From positions 9,486,001 to 9,550,000 of the forward strand of contig JAGIQG010000018.1 of NCBI GenBank assembly GCA_024679065.1: a DNA stretch of 64,000 nt, in the 5' to 3' direction. The notes below the pieces were generated by a model that had not been told where the DNA came from, searched no databases, and saw only the letters and a list, made by a program, of their open reading frames with translations. Every line of letters begins with the position of its first letter. The stretch's first letter is position 1. Source of the DNA: Sphyrna mokarran. Its lineage: Eukaryota. The translations under genes and the position numbers were made by a program. Positions 11,749-23,142 of this stretch are shown in pieces.

Positions 11749-14550
11749 CTGCAAAATGAATGAAAAGAAAGTAAGTTTTATGAAACAAAGTTCTGGTTAC
11801 CATCATCCAGAATGGGGTTAAATGCAGGTGGCTTGTATTGTTACAGAATACAACGTGTGATGGATAAGCCTATTGCCAAGCATTATAACTGATGATAAAA
11901 TTATAATCTAAGGTTCAGCTAAATAACGTGCCAGACTGTAAAAGATTTTTCATTAAACAGGTCAGTAGGCACTGTATCACAAATTAGGAAACACTAAATG
12001 AGGATTTGTTTTTAGTGAAGTTACTGTGAAAATCCCCGAGTCACCTATTTCCTTGTCTGTTTGGCTACACTGAGCGAGAATTTAGCATGGCCAATGTAAC
12101 CAGCATGTCTTTCGGACTGTGGAAGGAAATGGGAGCACCTGGAGGAAACCCACGCAGACACGGGGAGAACGTGTAAACTCCAGTGAGAGTGATCCGGTCC
12201 CTGGCACTGTGAGGTAACAGTGCTAACCACTGTGCCAACATGCCTCTAGCTATAAATGCCATAGGAACATGCAATGCCAAATTAATGAATTACCTAGTGT
12301 ACTGAATAACGTTCCCATTAGCAACTGGATCATCTGCAGAGTACGGCAAATTGAAGGATGAAGCCGAACAGCAAATTGTTGTTCCCATGACTGTTTGATT
12401 AATGCCTGATAGCGACTTATGAATTGGATGCACAATAAAGTATACTTGGGGGTGATACTACCGCAGCAAGGTGTTTAATTGACAGACTCTGAGATAGTGT
12501 TTCAGGGTACCCATGATGTGAGGTTCAGTTTGGAAACTTAAATCTATTTCAGTCCTATTCTTAGCTGCTTGGCAGCCAGTGTGTTCTTTTGCCTTTAACA
12601 CCCATTGATGGTTTAATAATTGAGATATAACTACTGCATAATAATTGAAAATCAACAGTTAAATCACTACCATCTCCAGTTAAAAGCTAACAAGTATCAC
12701 TGAAGAAAAAAACATGTCAAAGTTTTTCACCCTGCACTCATCAGGACATTCATAAAAATACCAAACTTAAAGGGAACAAGAATTTACACTTCCGAAGAGA
12801 GTGCTTGATTAGTTGGCAAGCAGTCTCTGATTGGTGAAGTGTTACTATGGAGAATGCATCAGGTTAACTGATGATCAACAACGATCCAAAATGATTCTCC
12901 ACACGTAATGAAAACCACATGTATTTTTATTTCTTGTCAGTTTGAGCAGAAGAATCAAATTCTCTAATCAAAAGTTAGGAATCGCAGCCCTCAGTGATCC
13001 ATAGGTTTAAAGTAAATGACACAGTCACCATAATAATTAATAGTATAAATTGATTTGATAGGTGTTCAGAACTATAAGATGTCTGGACAGTCATCTTAAC
13101 CCATTCCCACTGGTGGAAGGGTTGAGAGCCAGAGGGCACAGATTTGAGGTAACTGGCAAAAGAAGCAATGGAGACACAAGGAGAAATATATTCACCCAGC
13201 AAGTGGTAAGGATTTGCAATGCGCTGACAGAGTGTGATAGATGCAGGATTGATCAAGGAGTTCAAGAGGGAATTGGATTATCTGAAAAGGGAAGCATATG
13301 CATAGTTATGCGGAGAAGGTGGGGAATAACATTGTGTGCAGCTCAGTAGGTGAGCTAGTGCCAGTAGAAACAGCCAAATGGTCTCTTTCTGTGCTGTAAC
13401 AATTGTGAAGTTATTAACCCACAAACTAAGTATTTTGAGCTGCTCTGCCATTCAATATAATATCCTTAGTATCCAATAATCTATACAAAAAGTTATGATG
13501 CTTTTTCACCCAAACAGGTCTATGGAATGACCCAATTCCAAAATGGTACAGCATAAAATTCCAACACTAAAAGATCCTTGGACACAGACTTGGCTGTTGT
13601 GTAAAGGGATGCAACATCACACTGACTAAGCACTGCACATACAACAGCCTTATGGCATATTCCACTCATACCTGTTGAAAAGATGTGAACACTTATTAAA
13701 TACGTAAATGGAACCACACAGATAGCTCTACGTCTGGGTACAAGAATCATTGGCATGGGGAGGACTACATAAGACAGCGATTGCTATGATAAGTCAATAC
13801 CACTACTATGGCATTGTACAAACACCATGACAATGGAAGTTAAACAAGTGGAACATCGTCTTTTTGGGGCAAGAGAGTGGGCGGTTGACCATTTTCCAAC
13901 TGATTTGTTCTCTTTGAATGTTGGGGACCTGGAGAGTTGGTCTTGATCCTTCAACTCATTGATAAAACATCCTAAATTCAGAATATTAATATCTGTTGTG
14001 TCAGATGCATAACAATTGATGCACAAATGGTTTTAAACATATATTTCATACGTATATACATATGGTTAAATCCATATATGTGTCAGCAGACAGTTTTGAA
14101 CATTTACAAATACCAAATGTCCTCCAGTGTATCTGCAGAATTTCAGATCACAAATTGAAGTTTCCAGGGGTTGTCTTGAGGATATTCTACATGAGAGGTT
14201 GAGTCTAGGGCTTTCCCAACGAGGGGCTGAGTTGAGGATATTTTTGTGAGAAGTTTGAGGGGACGATCCTTTATCCGAGGAAAGGATTTTTTCTCTATGA
14301 GATTTGCTCTGCAAGGGATAGAAGGTTTTTTTTTACTGTGAGGGTTGAGTTGGAGGTTTTTTTAGTGAAGAGTTGAAGGTGTTATGTGAGCAGTTGACTT
14401 AAGGTATGCTCTGGGAGGTTTTCAGTGACAGATTGAGGAGTTAAGGGGAGAGTTTGAGGGGTTTATGTGAGGGGTTAAAATGGGGAAATTTCAGTGAAGG
14501 GTTAAGGGTATGCTCTGTGAGGAGTTGAGGAGTTTATATGGGGGGGGGCT

Positions 14551-14630
14551 TGAGTTGGAGGTTTGAGGGGCCTGAGTTGGAGGTTTGAGGGGCCTGAGTT
14601 GGAGGTTTGAGGGGCCTGAGTTGGAGGTTG
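14551..14630 (+). repeat. 22-bp G-rich minisatellite (about 3.5 copies)
   Basis: TGAGTTGGAGGTTTGAGGGGCC repeated at 14551, 14573, 14595 and 14617 (partial). Confidence 0.9.
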
Positions 14631-14714
14631 AGGTGAGCTGTTCTATGTGAAGGACACTCACCCTGGGCCCAGAGCAGCTGCTGCATAATCTCACCCTCTG
14701 CCGCCCGCACTCAC

Positions 14715-14862
14715 CTCTGAAGGCTGTAACCGGCAAGTCCACCGAGTAGTAGAAAAGTTTGCTGACAATAACGGCTGGGTTGGGCAGGCCAGTTTGCTTG
14801 TCTACCACCGGGGTCCGGCTGGCCGGCTGTTTGTAAACGTCCTTGTCCCAATCCTCCGGCAT
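14715..14862 (-). CDS. NDUFB10: NDUFB10 exon 1 (spliced CDS 525 nt, 174 aa)
   Basis: Encodes MPEDWDKDVYKQPASRTPVVDKQTGLPNPAVIVSKLFYYSVDLPVTAFR; donor G|gtgagt; exon phases consistent across all four exons. Confidence 0.96.
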
Positions 14863-15140
14863 CGCTCCGACCAGGGGGAACAATCCGTACTGCGCAGCCG
14901 CAACACACAACGTGACTTCACTTCCTACCCACACAGACACACACAACATGGCGTCGCTTCCTACCCACATAGACACACACAACATGGCGTCTTGACTGTC
15001 ACGCTATGCCTGACTGTCATTCTTGCCAACGCCATGCACGTTTCGAGCATGCGCAGTCCAAGGGAATCAGCTGCTCCGTGACGTCGAGCTGGCTACAGCC
15101 AGGACCAAAGATGGCGCTGCTGAAATCGTCACAGGTGTGT
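14863..15140. promoter_or_regulatory. CpG-rich, probably bidirectional housekeeping promoter of NDUFB10
   Basis: YY1-like AA(C/G)ATGGCG three times (~14946, ~14981, 15108); NRF1-like GAGCATGCGCAG 15045-15056; CRE-like TGACGTCG 15079; ETS-like CTTCC inside a ~36-bp tandem duplication. Confidence 0.75.
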
Positions 15141-15664
15141 GCTCTGTGCTCCTAACCCGCACTTAGAAATGTGACTTTCTATTAATTTGAACTCAAGTGT
15201 TGGTTATTCAAAAATAAAAAGAAAAGACATAGACTTAAGGTGAGAGACTACACTCTTTCGTAGTGGATGCTAGCATGCTGGAATAAATTTGTAACCAGAG
15301 CCTTGAAAAAAGTGCATCTTTTGAAAGAAATAATTGCAGGATTGCCTATGGGAAGAGTGAGAGTAAGTTGTTTGTTTCACTATGAAACAATATAAAGCCC
15401 GAAGAAAGCAAATGGCACCATGCACTTAGTCACAATAGCTTTGAGGAAATTCCCCCAAAGAATTTGCCAAGGGTGCGGAGGGAGGATATGGGTTGAGGGA
15501 GGTTATGAGCTGGGGTTGAAGAGGGAGTGGGCGGGCCTCTGTTGGATATTGCCCAACATTCCCTATAGATGATTCATGCTTAATAACACCCCAGGAACTA
15601 AACCTTGAAATTGGTCTATGCTTGATTCTTCCAATGTCACCATGCTATGTAAACAAATTTGTAG

Positions 15665-15810
15665 TGTTGATGTAGAGATGCTGGCATTGGACTGGAGTAA
15701 ACTCATTGCATCAAATGGCATTTGCCTGACGAAGATGAAAGTCGAAAGCTTGCAGATTTACGATCAAATAAATTGGTTGGATTTAAAATTGGTGTTGCCA
15801 GACTCTTACT
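15665..15810 (+). mobile_element. Penelope-like terminal fragment with minimal hammerhead core and 13-bp TSD
   Basis: CTGACGA 15726-15732 ... GAAA 15744-15747; AACAAATTTGTAG at 15652-15664 and 15811-15823. Confidence 0.7.
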
Positions 15811-18049
15811 AACAAATTTGTAGACAGATAATGGCTGTCTGGGCACCACAAATTGACATCAGTAGATTTCTGCGCATGCACATATCGGTGCACATGTGAG
15901 AACTATGAAGTTGCAGTGGCAGCTGATACAGTGTACAGGGTGCATAGAATATAGCTTCCTGCACATAGACACACACAACATGTTGCCTGTGCCATGATGA
16001 TGGATCATAGCCCAAATTACTTACAGACATATTGAACTTTTCAGTAAAACATGAGTTTTTAAGAATGGACATACAGCCCTAAAATGGCTGAGAATGTGAA
16101 TTCTGAGAATGTAATTCAGTAGCTACCAAGAAATCTCTACGTGGATTATATTCATTCCCATGAAAGACAATGAAATGTTTGATCTTTTTTCAGACATTTC
16201 AAAGGAAGAAGCAATGCAAAAACTGAACTGTAATCCCCTGTGTAGATAATGGAAGCTGGTTACCACTTCAGCAGAAGCTCCCACTTTCCTGCAGGTTATA
16301 TCCAAGAAGTATTTGTGATTTTCCCTTCCAGGAATAAACAAGGAACTGGGATAAAAAGCCACCAACAGACCAGATCAGTTGTGCTGATACTGGGATGTCA
16401 TAATGTGTGACACAGAAACAAGAAGAGATAGCAATCAGTCATCCTTGCAAAGGAAGCTTTGCTCACAGAATTCAGAGGATTCATATAATGTCGCCACAAA
16501 CTCCTCAAGGAAAGTTAAAGAGTGATTCATAAATCTTTGTATTAACTTTTATTTTTGGACTCACTTCTCTTTTCTAATCAGTGTGAATTTATGTTGTGTT
16601 TTATTATGTATTTCTTGCATTTTAGTAATTAATAAACCTTTCTTTATACAGAAAGCCAGGTGCTGTTATTAACAAGAAGAACAAAGGACAAGAGACAATT
16701 CACATTTTAACCCAGTTTTATTAACTAATCCTCATAAGTAAGAGCACTTGGGTAAACAAGTCTTTGTATAGAATCATAGACTAGAATCATAGAATGCCAA
16801 CAGTGCAGAAGGAGGCCATTTAGCCTATCGAGTCTGTACTGACCACAATCCCGCCGAGGCCATATTCTTGTAACCCCACATATTTAACCTGCTAATCCCT
16901 TGACACGAGGGTCAATTTAGCATGGCCAATCTATCCACACATCTTTGGACTGTGAGACAAAACCAGAGCATCCGGAGGAAACCCAGGCAGACATGGGGAG
17001 AATGTGAAAGCTCCACACAGACAGTGACCCGAGGCTGGAATTGAACCCAGGTCCCTGATGCTGTGAGGCAGCAGTGCTAACTACTGTGCCACCATAATGA
17101 TGAAAATCTAAGGTGCCATAGAGTCTGGCTGAAACTGGGGAATACACAAAAACTGACCTTATTTAGTCAAAACTCGGACTTTCAGTTCCAGCCACAAGGC
17201 GAGTTCAGGCTTGCTCCCCACCGAACTGTGCCCATGTTTTAAATGTGATCTGTCTGATCAGGCCTGGCTGTGAAGGTTGTTGACTGCTGTTTAATTTAGA
17301 TTGTCCAATTCTGTGTCAGGCCTTGTTGTTCAGGCTGTTGGCCACTTGGCCACACGTGTCTAATTATAACAGTAATTTTTTATTTTTATTGATCAGCTAC
17401 AATCCTAATATGAGCAAAAGATGCAGCCTGTATAATTGCTAGAAAATTCTGGAAATATTCAGCAGCCCCAAACCAACAGTAGCTGTTTTCAGTCAGAAGC
17501 TGGATTTTAAACCAGCAAACATGTCTCGAGTGTGGGAGATTTTGGTTTGCACCCAGAGCCACAAGCAGAAAGCACGTGTTCTCTCAATGAGAAGTTTGGT
17601 CGAACGTGCTCTACTGATTGGTTGTCCCCGCTGTCGACGACCTCATCAAGCACTGCTTGTGATTGGTGGGCATTCCTGTCCATCGCCAATAGTCACCGAA
17701 AGTTGCCAAGACATGGGGACGGTTAGCCAAAATTAAGCTGGACAGAGTAGATAGAGAGAAACTGTTCCTGCTCATAAAGAACAAGAGGACACTGATTCAA
17801 GGCCATTTGGAAAAAAGCAAATGTGATGTGAAAGAAAAAGTCTCACACAGCAAGTAGTTGGTGTCTGGAATCCTCTGTCTGGAATTCTGGTGGAGGCAGG
17901 TTCAATCAAGACATTCAAGAGGAATTGAGATGATTATTTGAGTAGAAACAGTGGTACGGGAAAAAGGCAGGGGAATGGCATTAGGTCAAGATGCTCATTT
18001 GGAGAGCTGGTGAAGACAGGATGGGCCGAATGGCCGTCTTCTGCGCTGT

Positions 18050-19055
18050 TACGTTGGTTAGACCTCATTTGGAATACTGCGTCCAGTTCTGGTCGCCTTA
18101 CTACCGGAAGGACGTGGAGACTCTGGAGAGAGTGCAGAGGAGGTTTACCAGGATGCTGCCTGGTATGGAAAGTTTGAGTTGCGAGGAGATGTTAGGCAAA
18201 TTGGGGCTGTTTTCCTTAGAAAGACGTAGACTTAGAGGAGATCTAATAGAGGTGTACAAGATTATGAGGGGTATAGATAGAGTAAACAGGGTTAAGTTTT
18301 TTCCTAGGATGGACTCAAATAGCACGAGGGGTCACGGGCTTAGGGTGAGGGGGGTAAGGTATAATTTGGATGCTAGAGGGAGTTTTTTCACACAGAGGGT
18401 GGTGGGGGCATGGAATGCACTGCCAAGTAAAGTGGTGGAGGCAGGTACTCTGGAGTTATTTAAGAGATACTTAGATGGGCACATGAATAGAATGGGAATG
18501 GAGAGGTATAGAAAACTGATTTAAAATAGGGATCATGAGCCTTGGGAGTCCCTGGGAAGTGTGTAAATAGATGATGATATTGATGTACTTGTTTTTTATC
18601 CTACAGGTGCTTTGGTCCACCTTGTTGTCTAACGAGTGGCATACACGCTATGGGTCGTGAGAGGGCTGCTGTTGGATTTTTTTTGAGAGTATTCTAGTGC
18701 TTCACGTTGTTAGTGTACGCTTGACCTGGACCATTTGATGGGCAACACGACAGCTCAGTGACTATCGCTGTGCTGTGCAGATACATGGATTTGGGCCTGT
18801 GTCTGTGGGAGTTTGCGCATTCTGCCTGTGCTTGCATGGGTTTTCTCCGGGTGCTACGGTTTCCTCCCACATCCCAAAGATGTGCCCTTAGGCTAATTGG
18901 CAAAACAAATTCTCCCTAAATTGTTTCAAATTTGGTTTTTTAATCCATAGATCTATAAACATGGACAGGGATCGCGGGTAGAGGTGGGAACGTCGGGGTG
19001 GCGGCACGGGCTTGTTGGACCGAAGGACCTGTTTCCCGTGCTGTTTTGTTCTTTG
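18050..19055 (+). mobile_element. 5'-truncated CR1 (RT C-terminus plus ~530-nt 3'UTR) nested in the tail of an older CR1
   Basis: ORF 17991..18524 encodes LVRPHLEYCVQFWSPYY...FFTQRVVGAWNALP; the host tail resumes after 19055 (aacgattctgtgattctg). Confidence 0.92.
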
Positions 19056-19296
19056 CAACGATTCTGTGATTCTGTTTCATGCGTTGTGTTTGTGAGGAAA
19101 AGCCCTTGCCTCTTTCTCCGACAGGTGGCACCACAACACTGCAAACCTCTGAGAAATTTGCAGCTTTGTGGTTCTGTGCATAACTTCTGCCTTAGAACAA
19201 CAGCAATGTTATTTATGGAATTCTTAAGCTGCACAAGAGAATCAAGAAATTCTCAGAAAGACAGATTATATTAAATGAATGATACTATAAGCATTT

Positions 19297-19433
19297 GGGG
19301 CAGGGTTTTTTCGCTCTGTCCACAGCAGGGTGGGACAATCCAACCCAAATTCAACAGACCTTTCGCTGATCGTCAAATTTTCCAATCCACCATGACGATT
19401 CCCATTGTGGGCGTGACTGGAAAATCCTACCCC
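19297..19433. mobile_element. MITE with GGGGCAGG(G/A)TTTT terminal inverted repeats (possibly PIF/Harbinger-like)
   Basis: Ends ggggcagggtttt ... aaaatcctacccc; relatives near 36545, 39670, 44785, 46857, 53358 and 59360. Confidence 0.6.
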
Positions 19434-20749
19434 ATGGTCATCTTGCAGTTATTCATTCCTTAGATAAAGTTTAAAGAGTTCACTTTTGCATATCTATTAA
19501 AAGGACTTTACATTGCACCTTTCATGGCCTCAAGACTTCTCAAATTGCCCACAACAGATATACGCCCTCGCTATGACTGTAACATTACATACTACACTCT
19601 CGTTTCCTTTTCTATGAATGGTATGCTTTGTCTGTATAGCAAGAAACAATACTTTTCACTGTATATTAATATGTGACGATAATAAATCAAATCAAATCAA
19701 AAGATAACGTGCACACAGCGTAGTCACTGTTGCGATAAATGCTGGCCGGCCAGTGATTCCCACTTCCCTCCAATGAATAAAAAAAATCCAGAAGCATTCA
19801 GCTGGATTGGCTATTGCCCCTTAATGTCCCAAGATGTGTAGGTTAAATGGATTAGCCATGGTACATGTGGGGAGTTAGGTTGGCAGAGAGGGGCATTGGT
19901 CCAGACTCGATGGGCTGAATGGCCTCCCTCTACACTGTAGGATTTCTGTGATTCTTCAATGAAACTTTTCGTCACCTTTCATTGAGCATAGAATCCCTAT
20001 AGTGCAGAAGGAGGCCATTCGGCCCATTGAGCCTACATCAACAACAATCTCACCCTATCCCCATGTGGTCACCCCGCTAATCTCCCTGACACTAAGGGGC
20101 AATTTAACACGGCCAGTCCACCTAATGTGTACATGATTGGAGTGTGAGAGGAAACCGAAGCACCAGGAGGAAACCCATGCGGACACAGAGAGAACGTGCA
20201 AACTCCACATGGACAGTGATCCAAGCCGGGAATTGAATCTGGGTCCCTGATACTGTGAATAAGTAGTGCTAACGCCATGCCGCCTCTGAATATTACTTTA
20301 CATGGCTCGGTATCAAAATGTGCTTGAGAATGGTCATGCAAAGTGCTTTGGGACTTTGAATTGTCTTGAATTATTAGGTACTAGTTAGATTCTGCCTCAG
20401 CGTACCTGAACAGGTGCTGGAATGTGGCGATTAGGGGACTTTCACAGTAACTTCATTGCAGCGTTAATGTAAGCCTACTTTTGACACTAATAAATAAACT
20501 TTAAATGCAAACGGTTGCTTTTGAAGTCTGCCAAAAATAAAGGTAAATTTATTCATTAAAACTGTGGGGATGTGTCCGTGTATGATTTGACAGGATGAAC
20601 TCCAAGTGATATTTCGAGTGACAGCACTCATGGCATTTGACTGTTATTATTCACATTATTATTTTCAGGTGATGATGAATCTCATGAGGGGGGAAAAGAA
20701 GAGTTTTGAAAAGTGGCCAGTGAACATTTGTAATGGAGTAGGCAGCATC

Positions 20750-20949
20750 AGTGACACCTGGCTCTTGGGTGTCTGCAACTGTTGTGACTTCAAACTTGGG
20801 CAACTACCCTGTTCCTGAAATTAATCTGTGGGCTAATGGAGCCAGGAGCTAAATTGGTGACTTTATATTAAGTAACATCTTCAGGATGAGCTTATTTCAG
20901 CACTTGGAAATTGCCTCTTTCAGCTGCTTGCTAGTGCACAGGACACACC
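20750..20949 (+). promoter_or_regulatory. Candidate RPL3L proximal promoter / 5'UTR
   Basis: E-boxes CACCTG 20755, CAACTG 20776, CACTTG 20901, CAGCTG 20921; AT-rich TTTATATT ~20862; pyrimidine initiator CCTCTTTC 20914-20921. Confidence 0.55.
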
Positions 20950-20952
20950 ATG
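20950..20952 (+). CDS. RPL3L: RPL3L exon 1 (ATG only)
   Basis: caccATG|gtacgt; an ATG-only first coding exon is the RPL3/RPL3L architecture. Confidence 0.85.
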
Positions 20953-21166
20953 GTACGTACGCTATTTCCATGAGTTTTAGAATGAAGTACAACATTTCTT
21001 TCTTTGCTTATCAGTAAAACTGGGTCTGAATGTATATTTTATTACTCTGCTACAGTAACGGTAATTGTTAGTGAAAAGTTTATCCAGCTCATTTTAAACG
21101 TGTGGATTTTTCAGTTACAGGTTACGTGTGTGGGTGGACATGTTTTTCTCTTTTTAAAAAATTTAA

Positions 21167-21415
<249 letters not shown>

Positions 21416-21876
21416 TGAAAGTTAGCAGCTCCGATGGTGCAGTGCGTGATCAGTAAAGCACTGGAGTGGGAACAATGTGGACCTGGGTTCAATTCCTGGC
21501 TTGGATCACTGCCTGCGCGGAGTTTGCATGTTCTCCTCGTGTCTGTGTGGGTTTTCTCAGGGTGCTCTGGTTTCTTCCCACGGTGCAAAGATGCGTGGAT
21601 TAGGTGAATTATCCATGTTAAATTGACCATTGTGTCAGAGAGATTAGCAGGGTAAATGTGTGGGATTATAGGAATAGGGCCTGGATGCGATTGTGGTCGT
21701 ATGGACTTGATGGGCTGAATGGCCTCATTCTGTACTGTAGGTATTCTATGATTATCAATCTACAGTGTTCTGATTCAGAGTTGAGAGAACACCACTGACT
21801 GATCTCAAGCTGAATGTATCATGTTGAAGTCCCACTCCCAGAGGGTGAGCATAGAATCTAGGCTGACACTCCCACA

Positions 21877-22075
21877 GACAGTACTGAGGGAGTGCTGCAC
21901 TGCCGGAGTTGCTGATTCTCATCCCCCCTGACAGTACTGAGGGAGTGCTGCACTGCCGGAGTTGCTGATTCTCAATCCCCCCTGACAGTACTGAGGGAGT
22001 GCTGCACTGCCGGAGTTGCTGATTCTCAATCCCCCCTGACAGTACTGAGGGAGTGCTGTACTGCCGGAGGTGCTA
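21877..22075 (+). repeat. 53-54 bp tandem repeat (about 4 copies) inside a DeuSINE-like element
   Basis: GACAGTACTGAGGGAGTGCTGCACTGCCGGAG at 21877, 21930, 21984 and 22038. Confidence 0.9.
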
Positions 22076-23142
22076 TTTTTCAGGTGACATTTTTAAGCAA
22101 GGTCTGCTTTGCCATCTCAGGTGGGTACAAAGGATCCTGTGACATTATTTAGTGTTCTAAGCCTCGGAATTCACCTTTCTTCCTCACGTTTCTCCTTTAA
22201 TATCCTGCTTAAACTTACTCTGAGGCATTTGGAAATCTGTCATAGTATTGCTTTATGTAGCCTGATGACAGATTTTGTTTTATTAAGCTCCTGTGAAGCA
22301 TCTTTGGACTTTTTGTTAAGTTAAAGACACTATATAAATACACATTGCTGGTGTTAAAGCACTTTCTGACTTTTAAAGTCAGTTATTAATACCAAGCAGC
22401 TGCCTGACTTCCTTCCAATGTTCATCCTCATCTTTATTAGTGTGGCTTGGGTTACGCCATCTGTTCTATTATATTTTGCCATGAATAACTGTTATTAGCA
22501 CAGTTTCCAACGTCCCTTTGCATCATTTACAATGAGTTGTTTTGCAGGGTCTATGATCCCGCTCCGCTGCTGTAACATTGGTATTGCAGGACATTTACTA
22601 AATCCTGGAGCACAGTCCTGAGAATTTCCAGGGGTCAGGAATTTGTATATCGTTAAGGGATGCTTGCACCATTACTGGGGTGTAAGAGGCGTATCAGTTA
22701 GGTGAGTGGGATGGGTAAAGGAGAGGTTCTGGAAGATGTGACCGGCTGTTTGAGATGAGGGGTCCTACTGGAGACTAAAGTGCTGATTTAAAATACTGAT
22801 TTTATGAAGACTGATTTCACAGGAACCTGGTCTGAAACATATGTGATGTTACCTTCAACTCTGGAAGGTATGGGACATCTGCATGTTGTACTGGCTGTGG
22901 CATCCCATGAACATTTCTGTGGGCTGTGCCCAGCATCCAACACATCTTCATGTCTATAAAAACCACTTAATCCCCGAGGAATTCCCAATGATACCTTCAC
23001 ACGCTCCACAGTTTCTACCCACTCCAAATCCGCTGAGATGTTTGTAGACTTCACCATTATCAGATATTCTGTGTACTGCAGTGTCCCACATAAAGTCTTC
23101 TGTGATATATGGAATAGCCTTTCCTCCTATGTACTTTCCTCA

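Noticed and set aside
14491-14985. 164-aa ORF as a single-exon gene
   Set aside because: Only 14715-14862 is NDUFB10 exon 1; the rest is promoter repeat and intronic minisatellite.
17096-17160. C/D-box-like ATGATGA...CTGA...CTGA
   Set aside because: It abuts a SINE head, has a weak terminal stem, and I could identify no rRNA-complementary guide.
20669-20818. Acceptor plus short ORF upstream of RPL3L
   Set aside because: The ORF stops at 20818 with no homology; at most a non-coding alternative acceptor.
21877-22075. Repeat-spacer-like pattern
   Set aside because: The intervening sequences are identical, so this is a plain tandem repeat.
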